DNA of 64,000 nt, taken from the sequence record MW749001.1; one strand, written 5' to 3'. Position 1 is the first letter of the stretch; each line of letters starts with the position of its first letter. The notes below the pieces were generated by a model. The model saw only the letters and a program-made list of their open reading frames with translations. It had not been told where the DNA came from and made no database searches. This stretch comes from Escherichia phage vB_EcoM_Kelasse. The position numbers were made by a program, and so were the translations under genes. Below, piece by piece: positions 11,081 through 20,561 of this stretch.

Positions 11081-12045
11081 TGTATTCTTTAGAGGAATTT
11101 AATAATCAAGCAATAAACGCAGATTTCCAACGTAATAATATGTTTAGCTGCGTTTTTGCGACAACTCCATCAACTAAAAGCTCTTCGTTGATAAGTTCAA
11201 TTAGCAACTTTTCTTATAATAACTTGGGCCTAAATTCAGATTGGTTAGGATTGACTCAAGGTGATATTAATCAGGGAATTACCACGCTAATTACTGCTGG
11301 CACACAAAAACTGATAAGAAAATCAGGGGTTAGTAAATATCTTATTGGTGCCATGAGTCAACGTACAGTTCAAAGTTTATTAGGCTCATTTACAGTTGGT
11401 ACATATTTAATTGACTTCTTTAACATGGCATATAACTCATCTGGATTGATGATATATTCTGTAAAAATGCCAGAGAATAGATTATCCTATGAAACTGACT
11501 GGAACTACAATTCTCCTAATATTCGCATAACCGGGAGAGAATTAGACCCTTTGGTTATTTCATTTAGAATGGATTCAGAAGCTTGTAACTATCGTGCAAT
11601 GCAAGACTGGGTTAACTCCGTTCAAGACCCAGTAACTGGATTACGCGCTTTACCGCAAGATGTCGAGGCAGATATTCAGGTTAATCTTCATTCTCGTAAT
11701 GGATTGCCTCATACTGCGGTGATGTTCACCGGATGCATTCCAGTGTCAGTGAGCGCTCCTGAGTTATCATATGATGGAGATAACCAAATAACTACATTTG
11801 ATGTTACTTTTGCGTATAGAGTGATGCAGGCTGGAGCAGTTGATAGGCAAGCTGCGCTTGAATGGCTTGAATCTGCTGCTATAAATGGTATTCAAAGCGT
11901 TCTCGGAAATAGTGGAGGTGTTACTGGACTATCTAATTCGCTTTCACGACTCAGTAGATTAGGGGGAACTGCAGGAAGCATTTCAAACATTAATACTATG
12001 ACAGGAATTGTCAATTCGCAAAGTAAAATATTAGGAGCAATATAA
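11080..12045 (+). CDS. 54: gp54 baseplate tail tube initiator
   Basis: 321-aa ORF, synteny. Confidence 0.8.
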   Translation: MYSLEEFNNQAINADFQRNNMFSCVFATTPSTKSSSLISSISNFSYNNLGLNSDWLGLTQGDINQGITTLITAGTQKLIRKSGVSKYLIGAMSQRTVQSLLGSFTVGTYLIDFFNMAYNSSGLMIYSVKMPENRLSYETDWNYNSPNIRITGRELDPLVISFRMDSEACNYRAMQDWVNSVQDPVTGLRALPQDVEADIQVNLHSRNGLPHTAVMFTGCIPVSVSAPELSYDGDNQITTFDVTFAYRVMQAGAVDRQAALEWLESAAINGIQSVLGNSGGVTGLSNSLSRLSRLGGTAGSISNINTMTGIVNSQSKILGAI

Positions 12046-12049
12046 CAAT

Positions 12050-12067
12050 GGGGACCGAAAGGTCCCC
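12050..12067 (+). terminator. Stem-loop terminator after gene 54
   Basis: ggggaccgaaaggtcccc followed by a T-rich tract. Confidence 0.5.
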
Positions 12068-12073
12068 ATATTT

Positions 12074-12364
12074 TTATTTACGGAATGAAATAAAAGCAGC
12101 AACTGAAGCAACTAAACTGTCTTCAATATAAACCTCAATTTTTACCGGAGCTTCTGACTCAAATTTACCTGTTACTACACCTTGGAAAATACTTTCAGTC
12201 TGTTCTGGCTTTGAAAAATTTTCAGAAGGAAAAATTCCGAACTTTTTATCTGTTCCAAAAATTTTGATAAATTCATCGTAAACTGCTTCATTAAAAGCAT
12301 TATCAGCAGGAATAACGCCTTCAACTACAAGTTCTTGACCTAAAAAGCGCAAAGAAGATTTCAT
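12074..12364 (-). CDS. Hypothetical 96-aa protein (alt.-3 position)
   Basis: ORF preceded by GAGGA Shine-Dalgarno and an early promoter. Confidence 0.5.
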   Translation of the reverse strand: MKSSLRFLGQELVVEGVIPADNAFNEAVYDEFIKIFGTDKKFGIFPSENFSKPEQTESIFQGVVTGKFESEAPVKIEVYIEDSLVASVAAFISFRK

Positions 12365-12395
12365 TTTGTGTTCCTCATGTTATGTCAGTAAGACT

Positions 12396-12425
12396 ACTAT
12401 AACACAACACGAGGGACTTGTAAAC
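12396..12425 (-). promoter_or_regulatory. Early promoter (GTTTACA, 17 bp, TGn-TATAGT), cassette copy A
   Basis: -35 at 12425..12419 and -10 at 12401..12396 on the minus strand; 54 bp identical to 27721..27774. Confidence 0.55.
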
Positions 12426-14482
12426 TACATTTTGAACTTTTTAGACATTCCGTTGATGTTAACCAAAGAAGCCAAGATTTGAGAAACTTCGTTTTCCTCT
12501 TCTTTTGATTCTTCTACAAGGAATTGATTAAATCCAGCCATTGGACGAACTTCACCAGTTTCCATTAGATGGTCGCCATCATATACCGATTCCTCTAATT
12601 GTTCAGAAGGAGGAACGATTGTACCTTCTATTAGATACTTGTTATAAGCAGTTTCTTTCATAAAGTACGTGCTCACTTTATTAATCTTCAGTAAAATTCC
12701 ACGCGGTAGAATAACTTCAGCTTCTGATGGAAATCCTGATAAATGACCTGGAACGATAACTTTGATTCGCTCAGCTCCTTTAATTACCATACCCACGCTA
12801 GTTTCAGCATCTTCATTAGCATATGTAGAATGACTACCCATATGCATCAAATCTTCTGCATCAACGGAACCTTCTCCTTCGCCAGAAAATACTGCGCCGG
12901 AATCATCTAGAGCCATATAGTTTTTACCATGCTCACCGAAGATATTTGGTTTAAGCGATGTGGATACGAAGTTCTTGAAATAGAACATTTTATTTTCAAT
13001 GTTATGACGCAAAGTTTTAAAGGTAACTTCTTGTCCACGGTAAAGTGTAGTTCCTGGAGGAAGAACTGAACCTTTAGCGAATGCAGAATCAAGCGTCTCA
13101 ATATGTTTAATAGCTCGTTCCATATATTCTTCACGGGTAGAATCTGGTTTACCCAAAAGGAACGAGTTCATTTCAACATATGAATCTGCACAATAATCTT
13201 CAATTACATCAGACTCAGCCTGAGTTAATCCTTTTGGAGTTACTTCAGTACTTGCATATTCATATGCCTGAGCGGCAGATTCATTAATCAATTTATAAAT
13301 GCCATTCATGACAAATTGAATAATAGCTGTCTTTTCATCTGGTGTAGCTTTAGAACCTTTAACTAAATCATTGATAATTTTCTTAATAACATCAAAGCTA
13401 TTAGAAATATTAATGTCAGCAAGATCGCTTAAAATTTTATCAGTTTTATAATCAAAGAATTCTTTATTCTTTAAATATTCTTGAGAACCTTGATATGTTA
13501 TATCGCTCTGCAGCTTGATAGATGGATCGCGTAAACGTGCATGGGCCAATGCAATATGATTTCGGAAGTTTTCTAGTTCATAATCGTTAGATTTAAAACG
13601 AGAAGCACTTCTCATACCACCGATAGCTCCTTTGCTAAAGTTTGAACCAATCTGAATAACGCCAGAGTTCATCGGACCTTCTGCTTTATATACCGGAACT
13701 TTAGATTCAAACTCTTGATATTTCTTAGCAGCGAAGCTATCACCCTGAAGTGAAGCATCAACAGTAGAATATTGAGCTTGTGCTGCTAATCGACGACTAA
13801 TTTTAGTTTTCTGAATAACAGCTTGATCCGTGCGCTTATCATTTTCTAAAGCAATAGAAGCAGCAACAGCGACAGCTTTAGGAACAGCATTACCTGTTTT
13901 AACGTCTACATAAACATCACCAACCTTTGATTCAACTTTTGTGAATAACTCAGTTGAAATAGGAGGTACACCTGGAATGTCTTCTAAATTGGCATTTTTA
14001 CGGTAAACCATAATATATGCATATTTCTTATCATAGTCCCAGATTTCCTTTAAAAGAACATATCGACCTGCTCCTTTAGTACGTACTAAACGGTCAGCAA
14101 TAACTTGCATTTGACGAGCTGCGCCATTTGTTTTACTCTTTAGTACGCGGAATAAGCATGCATCAATTTTATACTGTTTCATTGTTTGAAGAGCAGTATC
14201 AAAAACAGCATTAATGACGCCAATTGGATTTCCACCCAAGTTTTTAAGCTTAACTAATGATAGTTTCTCATTAACACCTATCATTACGATATGCATCATT
14301 TTGTCGCCTGGCTTAACGTTTTTATTCGTATCACCGCCAGAGGTGTATGTACAAAATCTAAATCCAGGAAGCACGCTTTCTTCACCGGCTTGAATAGCAA
14401 AAATTTGTGGTATTTTATGCTTAGGATTTAAGTTAACAACCGGCGCCGAAGCGCCGTCAAATAATTCTGTAATAAGTTCCAT
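12425..14482 (-). CDS. Alt-like ADP-ribosyltransferase paralog (685 aa)
   Basis: N-terminus MELITELFD... shared with Alt; candidate ART motifs YRGQ, FVSTSL, EAEVILPRG; starts 3 nt after the alt stop. Confidence 0.7.
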   Translation of the reverse strand: MELITELFDGASAPVVNLNPKHKIPQIFAIQAGEESVLPGFRFCTYTSGGDTNKNVKPGDKMMHIVMIGVNEKLSLVKLKNLGGNPIGVINAVFDTALQTMKQYKIDACLFRVLKSKTNGAARQMQVIADRLVRTKGAGRYVLLKEIWDYDKKYAYIMVYRKNANLEDIPGVPPISTELFTKVESKVGDVYVDVKTGNAVPKAVAVAASIALENDKRTDQAVIQKTKISRRLAAQAQYSTVDASLQGDSFAAKKYQEFESKVPVYKAEGPMNSGVIQIGSNFSKGAIGGMRSASRFKSNDYELENFRNHIALAHARLRDPSIKLQSDITYQGSQEYLKNKEFFDYKTDKILSDLADINISNSFDVIKKIINDLVKGSKATPDEKTAIIQFVMNGIYKLINESAAQAYEYASTEVTPKGLTQAESDVIEDYCADSYVEMNSFLLGKPDSTREEYMERAIKHIETLDSAFAKGSVLPPGTTLYRGQEVTFKTLRHNIENKMFYFKNFVSTSLKPNIFGEHGKNYMALDDSGAVFSGEGEGSVDAEDLMHMGSHSTYANEDAETSVGMVIKGAERIKVIVPGHLSGFPSEAEVILPRGILLKINKVSTYFMKETAYNKYLIEGTIVPPSEQLEESVYDGDHLMETGEVRPMAGFNQFLVEESKEEENEVSQILASLVNINGMSKKFKM

Positions 14483-14485
14483 GAT

Positions 14486-16579
14486 TTATCCTTGAACGAA
14501 CTTGTAAGGCATGTTTGTAATATCTATGCAAGACGCAATAATTCCAAGAGATGATTCTACTTTCTGTTTAACGTTTGATGAAACAAATGATGCAAAGTCA
14601 ACTCTGTCTTCTATTTCAATATCACCTGTCATTGCAACCAATTCACCAGTTTCCATTAAATGGTCTCCATCATAGATTACCGATTCGGTGAGCTCTTCCG
14701 TAGTCATAACTTCAGCTTGAATGAGTTTTGTATTATTAGATGTTGTTCCGTCATTATTAGAAGCATCAGTTATTTTATTAACTTTGACCATCAATCCACG
14801 CGGTAGAATAACTTCAGCTTCTGTTGCTATTCCGAGACTTCCTGGATATACAACATTAACTTTATGAGCTCCATCAATTGCCCATCCTATTTGAACTTTA
14901 ACGTATTCAGGATTTTCTTTATACGCTCTTATTTCGTTTGGATTAATAGTTATTCCTTCTTCATTTTTATCAACTGTTAATTCATTGCGAGCTTCTGGTT
15001 CTAAAAGACCAATACCAGCATGTGTAATTCCAAAACGTCCAAAAATGATAGGAGTTAAAGAAGTAGATACAAAATTTCTGAAGTAGAACACTTTATTTTT
15101 AACTAACGCTTCATATATAGGAGCAGTCATACTTTGAGCACGATAAACTGTAATGCCTTCTGGTATACGGTCACCATTTTCAAAAGCTGAATCTAAGTTA
15201 TTTATAGCAGATTCAATTTCTTTTTCACTCATTACATCATATCGTTCTGGATTGTAACGACCTAAAAGAAGATTATTGATGTCAGTATATCCTGAACCGC
15301 AATATTCTCTAATGCCACGCTTTTGTGATGGAGTATATTTAGAACCATCGCGGGCAATAGTAATATCAATCATTGGACCAGCACCAATTCCAGAAAAACT
15401 GTAAATCATTCGTTTGAGGAATTTAGTTTTTGCTGCGTTCCAGGAATTTTTAGTTATTTCTTCCCAGACTTCATCTGGTTGTCCTTTACGATTTTTATTA
15501 TGATTAGCAAGCCATTTATCTTTATAATCTTCAAAGAATTGATTTATAGCTGCTGCGTATTTCTCTAAACATTTTATTGAAGTAGTTGGTTCATTTTTAA
15601 TTGCATTAAAAATTACTTCTTTAATTTTTTCTGAAACTTCACCGACTTGACTCATTGGAAAGAATTTATAATCATAGTGAAGTTCATCTGCCGTTCCTTC
15701 AGCAATAATTTTTGCTGCCTTTGTTTTAGAAGCTAATGAATTAATTCCAATTTTCATTTCTTCTGCTTCGGGAATTAAAGGTGCAGTAGCTGGTTTATTA
15801 AAATTAGCTGCTGTAGATTCATACTTCTGGAATAATTCACTTTCAAATCTAGAAGATTCCAATGACTGGCTTTGTGCAATTGCTCTACGGGAAATTTTAA
15901 CTTTAACGATTACAGCTTGGTCAGAACGTTTATCATTTTCTTGCGCAATAGATGCTGCAATTGCTTCATTTTTGGTTACTTGAGCTCCAGTATCTTTATT
16001 AATATAAACATCACCGACCTTCGATTCAACCTTAGTAAAGAGCTCGGTACTAATTTCCGGAACCCCTGGAATGTCTTCTAGTGATACATTTTTGCGATGT
16101 ATAAGAATATATGCATACTTTTTATCATAATCCCAGAGTTCCTTAAGAAGGACGTATCTGCCACCTGAACGACTACGGATAAGTCTATCAGCAATAACTT
16201 GAATTTGTCGAGCTTGGCCAGCAGTTTTAGACTTAAGAATACGAAGCATACAAGCATCAATTTTATATTGACGCATTGTTTGCATTGCAACAGTAAAAAC
16301 TGAATTGATATAATTAATTGGGCTTGGACCAAGACCTTTTAATTTAGCAATTGAACCTTTAGCAGTTAATGTAAAAGGAACAATATGCATCATTTTGTCG
16401 CCCATTTTTAAATCACGATTAGTATCACCTCCAGATGTATAGGTACATAAACGAAAGCCTGGTTGTTCAATTGCATCATCAACATGAACTGAAAAAATTT
16501 GTGGTATTTTCTTCTTTGGATTTAAGTTTGTAATCGGAAGAGTAGTATCTTCGTCAAATAATTCTGTAATGAGTTCCAT
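14486..16579 (-). CDS. alt: Alt, packaged RNA polymerase ADP-ribosyltransferase
   Basis: 698-aa ORF (697 from the second Met); N-terminus matches remembered T4 Alt; YRAQ, FVSTSL, EAEVILPRG motifs. Confidence 0.8.
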   Translation of the reverse strand: MELITELFDEDTTLPITNLNPKKKIPQIFSVHVDDAIEQPGFRLCTYTSGGDTNRDLKMGDKMMHIVPFTLTAKGSIAKLKGLGPSPINYINSVFTVAMQTMRQYKIDACMLRILKSKTAGQARQIQVIADRLIRSRSGGRYVLLKELWDYDKKYAYILIHRKNVSLEDIPGVPEISTELFTKVESKVGDVYINKDTGAQVTKNEAIAASIAQENDKRSDQAVIVKVKISRRAIAQSQSLESSRFESELFQKYESTAANFNKPATAPLIPEAEEMKIGINSLASKTKAAKIIAEGTADELHYDYKFFPMSQVGEVSEKIKEVIFNAIKNEPTTSIKCLEKYAAAINQFFEDYKDKWLANHNKNRKGQPDEVWEEITKNSWNAAKTKFLKRMIYSFSGIGAGPMIDITIARDGSKYTPSQKRGIREYCGSGYTDINNLLLGRYNPERYDVMSEKEIESAINNLDSAFENGDRIPEGITVYRAQSMTAPIYEALVKNKVFYFRNFVSTSLTPIIFGRFGITHAGIGLLEPEARNELTVDKNEEGITINPNEIRAYKENPEYVKVQIGWAIDGAHKVNVVYPGSLGIATEAEVILPRGLMVKVNKITDASNNDGTTSNNTKLIQAEVMTTEELTESVIYDGDHLMETGELVAMTGDIEIEDRVDFASFVSSNVKQKVESSLGIIASCIDITNMPYKFVQG

Positions 16580-16602
16580 CATATCCTCTCTAGTGTTTAT
16601 TC

Positions 16603-16610
16603 TATTTATA
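16603..16610 (-). promoter_or_regulatory. Late promoter TATAAATA upstream of alt
   Basis: Minus-strand TATAAATA about 20 bp before the alt ATG, followed by GAGAGGA Shine-Dalgarno. Confidence 0.5.
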
Positions 16611-16615
16611 AAATT

Positions 16616-16633
16616 AAAGGCCCGAAGGCCTTT
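16616..16633 (-). terminator. C(UUCG)G hairpin with a U-rich tail
   Basis: aaaggcccgaaggccttt (plus strand), between ORF 16632..16820 and alt. Confidence 0.45.
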
Positions 16634-16820
16634 AATAATCTATTGGTAAGAGAGTACGATATATTTCAAACTTTGGACCTTTTTCATAGGCATCAAATGT
16701 TTCTGTGAATTTATTATAAGCATATGCATCTATAAATTCAATCATGATTTGTGATACAGAAGTAGAAACATCTCCACCTTCTTTTTGAGCCACGACAATT
16801 GTTTCTAAGTAAGCTTTCAT
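16632..16820 (-). CDS. Hypothetical 62-aa protein
   Basis: ORF between ligase and alt. Confidence 0.4.
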   Translation of the reverse strand: MKAYLETIVVAQKEGGDVSTSVSQIMIEFIDAYAYNKFTETFDAYEKGPKFEIYRTLLPIDY

Positions 16821-18280
16821 AAACCAGTTACCTCATGAAAATCGCCAAATACATCTTCGAACGTATTAGCTTTAGTTTTATCTTCACGTAAACGAATCGC
16901 AATCGGAAGAAATAATTTAACGTAATCAGTGCGACCATCAGATTTTAACCAACCGTTGCATTCGCACTCTAGAATTTTTCCAATATAATAATTTTGATTT
17001 TCCATAATGCGAGTACGATCAAGTTCATGCGATTTTACACCGGCTTTATCTTTTAAGCCTGAACCAGCATTTACTTTAATTTTTCCACACTCTGATTCAA
17101 GAACGAAACCACCTGCTTTAGTAGGGTCTTTACGGTGAGGATAAATTCCTACAATTTTTAAATCAACATCAATTACTTCTTTAAATTTATAGAGATTTTT
17201 TGAACGAGCATTTTCCCATAATCCATCGATATTTTTGAGAATAATACCTTCAAGACCTTGGTCAATATACTTTTTGTAAATTACCTTAGCTTCATCTAGG
17301 TTATTTACTACTTGGTTTTCAATTAAAATTACTTTATCATAGCCTGATGTCATTTGTTCTAGTTTAGAAAAACGTACATCATATTTTAAACGAAATGCTG
17401 GAAGACCATATATTTCTACTAATGGAACATAGTCCCAGACCTGAAACTTCATGCATTGTGCTTCTTTTTCAGAAATGGTTCCCTTTAAAGATTTATTGGC
17501 GATGCCATTAGATGCAGTACGTGATTCAGCTACTTCGGCGAATTCTTTAGCTTTACTAATTTCAGGATAAGCATCAAAAAGAAAATCTAGGCCTTCTGGT
17601 TCCTTTTCAACTTGCTCATGGTATACCAATTCGCCATCAATTAACACACCTTCTGGATGAATCTGGCGGGCTTCAGCAGTCATTTTGATTAACTCTTCCT
17701 TAAGAAGATCTAATCCTAGATATTCATTGCCAGCTCGTGATAAAAGACGAACATCATCTAATTCATCACCTCTGACTTCGGCAAAGCACCGAGCTCCATC
17801 AGCTTTTAATTGGGCAAAGGCTGGAAATTTGATATTCTTATTAATGCCTTTTTCATCATAAGAACTTGCCAGCATTTGAGGTTGTTCAGGAATTAAACCT
17901 GGCCAAACTTTATTTGCAATAGATACTGATGCACCGCATTCAAGGTCTCGCATCATCACCCGACGCAAAACTTCAACATCATCTTTTTTACCATCGGTGA
18001 TGTATCCAGTTAATTCCTCAATCGCCGCATTTCCAGTCAATTTCCGAGTAGCTAACGTGAATTCAATGAAGTCAAGCATATCGGTAAGAGTCAACATTCC
18101 AAAACTCTGGGTAGCAATACCAGGTTTAGGCCATTTCTTGATATAATACTGTAACCCACGAGAATAAGTCAGACGATATACTCGTTTAAGCAATTCATTA
18201 TCTTTATTCTTTTCAAGAATTGCTTGCTTCTGCTTAGTTGAACCAATAGATGCTATTTCGTTCAGAATTTTAAGAATCAT
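16817..18280 (-). CDS. 30: ATP-dependent DNA ligase
   Basis: 487-aa ORF matching remembered T4 DNA ligase almost residue for residue. Confidence 0.92.
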   Translation of the reverse strand: MILKILNEIASIGSTKQKQAILEKNKDNELLKRVYRLTYSRGLQYYIKKWPKPGIATQSFGMLTLTDMLDFIEFTLATRKLTGNAAIEELTGYITDGKKDDVEVLRRVMMRDLECGASVSIANKVWPGLIPEQPQMLASSYDEKGINKNIKFPAFAQLKADGARCFAEVRGDELDDVRLLSRAGNEYLGLDLLKEELIKMTAEARQIHPEGVLIDGELVYHEQVEKEPEGLDFLFDAYPEISKAKEFAEVAESRTASNGIANKSLKGTISEKEAQCMKFQVWDYVPLVEIYGLPAFRLKYDVRFSKLEQMTSGYDKVILIENQVVNNLDEAKVIYKKYIDQGLEGIILKNIDGLWENARSKNLYKFKEVIDVDLKIVGIYPHRKDPTKAGGFVLESECGKIKVNAGSGLKDKAGVKSHELDRTRIMENQNYYIGKILECECNGWLKSDGRTDYVKLFLPIAIRLREDKTKANTFEDVFGDFHEVTGL

Positions 18281-18546
18281 TGTTCATCCTTTAGAGTTTG
18301 GTTTACAGCTCTATTATAAATCAATTCATCATTAAGCTCAGTCAAAGACCTGTGGTACGTTGTTCTAACTTTATTTCCTTGCATCCAGTGCTTGACGTAA
18401 ATGAAACCTTGCTCTACACATTTTTTAAAAATTCGTTCGTCTTTTTGAGCTCGGAATTCTGGATTGCATCTAAAAAATTGATTTACGTGACCGTAATCAC
18501 GTGTAGTATTACCTTCATTTTCATAAATAGTGTGAACGACAAACAT
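18277..18546 (-). CDS. 30.1: Hypothetical protein
   Basis: 89-aa ORF overlapping the ligase start. Confidence 0.5.
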   Translation of the reverse strand: MFVVHTIYENEGNTTRDYGHVNQFFRCNPEFRAQKDERIFKKCVEQGFIYVKHWMQGNKVRTTYHRSLTELNDELIYNRAVNQTLKDEQ

Positions 18547-19385
18547 TAGAATGCTCCTTGGAAAATATTATCACCACTAGTAGGTCTATTATACAAATAC
18601 TCTATGCCACCAGGTTTAATATAGTTCCATGTCTGAAACGGATGTGTCTGATATGGATGATATAGATGATTATAAGGATTAAATCCAGGAGTTCTCCAGG
18701 TAGTGTTCCAAGGAAAAGAATCGTTTTTGATCATCTTCTCAATTACATCTTTTATAAATTTTTCACTATCAAAACTTTCTTTATTTTCCTTCGATGGAAA
18801 AAGCTTATTCTCTACATCATTCCATGTATAAACTCGCTGTGCAGTTTTTGGAATACTGTCACGCTCTCCTCGAGCCATCCAATAAACTGGAACATTTAAT
18901 ATTTCACTCGCATGATCGCAGTGGTGAGCGAGATCGTCAATATAACAAATTACGTTATATTTCTCTTTTGCCTTTTTGAACAACTCTTCTTTTGAAGAAT
19001 CATGACCACACATCAATATTTCTGAGAAGGCACCAGGAAAAAGAGCATTCAAATTAAATTGACGATTCAGCAAAGCATCAATAGAATCACCCAATGCTGT
19101 AACAGCTACAAAATTATAATCTTCTTTTAATTTGTTAATTACACACAGGGCATCTTTATATGGAGACAAGTAACGAATAAAATCTGAACGATTGTATTTT
19201 TCAATTAACTTGACGCCAAGTTCTTCATCACAATTAAAGAGTTTACCAGGAGAAATAAATTTCTCATCTTGGATCATTTTTAAAATATGTTCTAACGGAA
19301 GATTATATTTCTGAGCAAAATAAGGAAGGCCTGATTGCCAGCTTAAACATACTCCATCAATATCAGTCAAAATAGTAGGCTTCAT
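18546..19385 (-). CDS. 30.2: HAD-like hydrolase domain protein
   Basis: 279-aa ORF; N-terminal ILTDIDGV resembles HAD motif I. Confidence 0.55.
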   Translation of the reverse strand: MKPTILTDIDGVCLSWQSGLPYFAQKYNLPLEHILKMIQDEKFISPGKLFNCDEELGVKLIEKYNRSDFIRYLSPYKDALCVINKLKEDYNFVAVTALGDSIDALLNRQFNLNALFPGAFSEILMCGHDSSKEELFKKAKEKYNVICYIDDLAHHCDHASEILNVPVYWMARGERDSIPKTAQRVYTWNDVENKLFPSKENKESFDSEKFIKDVIEKMIKNDSFPWNTTWRTPGFNPYNHLYHPYQTHPFQTWNYIKPGGIEYLYNRPTSGDNIFQGAF

Positions 19386-19846
19386 AGAGAGTCTCTTAAT
19401 AGGTTTAACACATCAATAAATTCAGCTTCGGTTAGTATTGTATCATCTTTTGTTAGACCACTAGCCATGCTGTGCTTCAAAACTTTTCCTTTTGAGGCTT
19501 GTAAGGCATCACGAAACCCCTTGTTTTGAATCGCTGCTTCAAAATATGCATTTGTATACAACTCTTTCCACGCTGGGGAGTATCTTGAAAATGGAACTCC
19601 CAGCCAGAAGAGGGTCCCACGGTCCTGAGCTCTTGCATAAGACCTTCCAGCTTGTTGGGCGGCAAGCCCGGATAACCCAAATATACGACGTTGTTGTTCA
19701 ACATTTTTCACCTTGCACCCTTGGAGGAATCCTTCAAGACCTCCAAATTGAATACCATCCATAACGAAAGGCCATTTGGCGAAATTACTTAATGCACATG
19801 ATGGCCACCTAAAATTGCTTCTAATCTCTAACTCAGACATTTTCAA
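19382..19846 (-). CDS. 30.3: NADAR (YbiA/DUF1768)-like protein
   Basis: 154-aa ORF; LSNFAKWPF..DG....E.F.Q..K pattern resembles the YbiA family. Confidence 0.5.
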   Translation of the reverse strand: MKMSELEIRSNFRWPSCALSNFAKWPFVMDGIQFGGLEGFLQGCKVKNVEQQRRIFGLSGLAAQQAGRSYARAQDRGTLFWLGVPFSRYSPAWKELYTNAYFEAAIQNKGFRDALQASKGKVLKHSMASGLTKDDTILTEAEFIDVLNLLRDSL

Positions 19847-20039
19847 TGCTTATAATTTCAACATCAGCCCAATGACCATAGCAAGGAAGACGAAATTCAA
19901 CTGGCCAGTTAGGGTCCTTTTCTAATATAATAGACTTAACTTGTGGTTCTTCATGTTCATCTGTATACGGATTTTTATCTGTTACTTTATATGTGACCTT
20001 AATGTACTGAATTCCAAAAATCTTATTAATTATATTCAT
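19833..20039 (-). CDS. Hypothetical protein
   Basis: 68-aa ORF in the 30.x block. Confidence 0.45.
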   Translation of the reverse strand: MNIINKIFGIQYIKVTYKVTDKNPYTDEHEEPQVKSIILEKDPNWPVEFRLPCYGHWADVEIISIENV

Positions 20040-20233
20040 ACTAATTCCTTTAATCCATAGATAGGAGATAATTCATCACCCATACGAAGGTCTTCATTTC
20101 CATCTACCCAGGAAACAATATAAGCATCTTTTACTTGAACATCTCCCAATTTAAATGCAGGTAAAACCTTAGAAATTAATCCAGGTATACCAACTCCCTT
20201 TAATTCAACAGTTTGACCTAAAAAGAATTTCAT
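20036..20233 (-). CDS. Hypothetical protein
   Basis: 65-aa ORF in the 30.x block. Confidence 0.45.
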   Translation of the reverse strand: MKFFLGQTVELKGVGIPGLISKVLPAFKLGDVQVKDAYIVSWVDGNEDLRMGDELSPIYGLKELV

Positions 20234-20520
20234 TAGAACCTCATCTGAAAACCATGCGATTTAACATTACCGCCGCCAATATCAGAAATGTTAATTTCAC
20301 GCGCAATTGAAGGGTCAATGTCAATTTCACGATTAAGTTTAGTGATAGCTAAAGTATCGCGGCCATTTACAGTACGGAACTCTAAAGGGCAGACTACATT
20401 AACATAGTTTTTAATCGATTCACTAGTAGGCTGCAAATGAGCAGGAAGGTCTTTAGGTGCCTTAGAGAAAACCACTTCACAGAAATTTTTGCGGGTATCA
20501 AAATAAGTAGTCATAAACAT
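20233..20520 (-). CDS. Hypothetical protein
   Basis: 95-aa ORF preceded by GAGGAAAA Shine-Dalgarno and a UUCG hairpin. Confidence 0.5.
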   Translation of the reverse strand: MFMTTYFDTRKNFCEVVFSKAPKDLPAHLQPTSESIKNYVNVVCPLEFRTVNGRDTLAITKLNREIDIDPSIAREINISDIGGGNVKSHGFQMRF

Positions 20521-20537
20521 AGTATTTTCCTCAGTAA

Positions 20538-20551
20538 GGGGCCGAAGCCCC
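20538..20551 (-). other. C(UUCG)G hairpin
   Basis: ggggccgaagcccc (plus strand). Confidence 0.45.
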
Positions 20552-20561
20552 TCATTTTATT

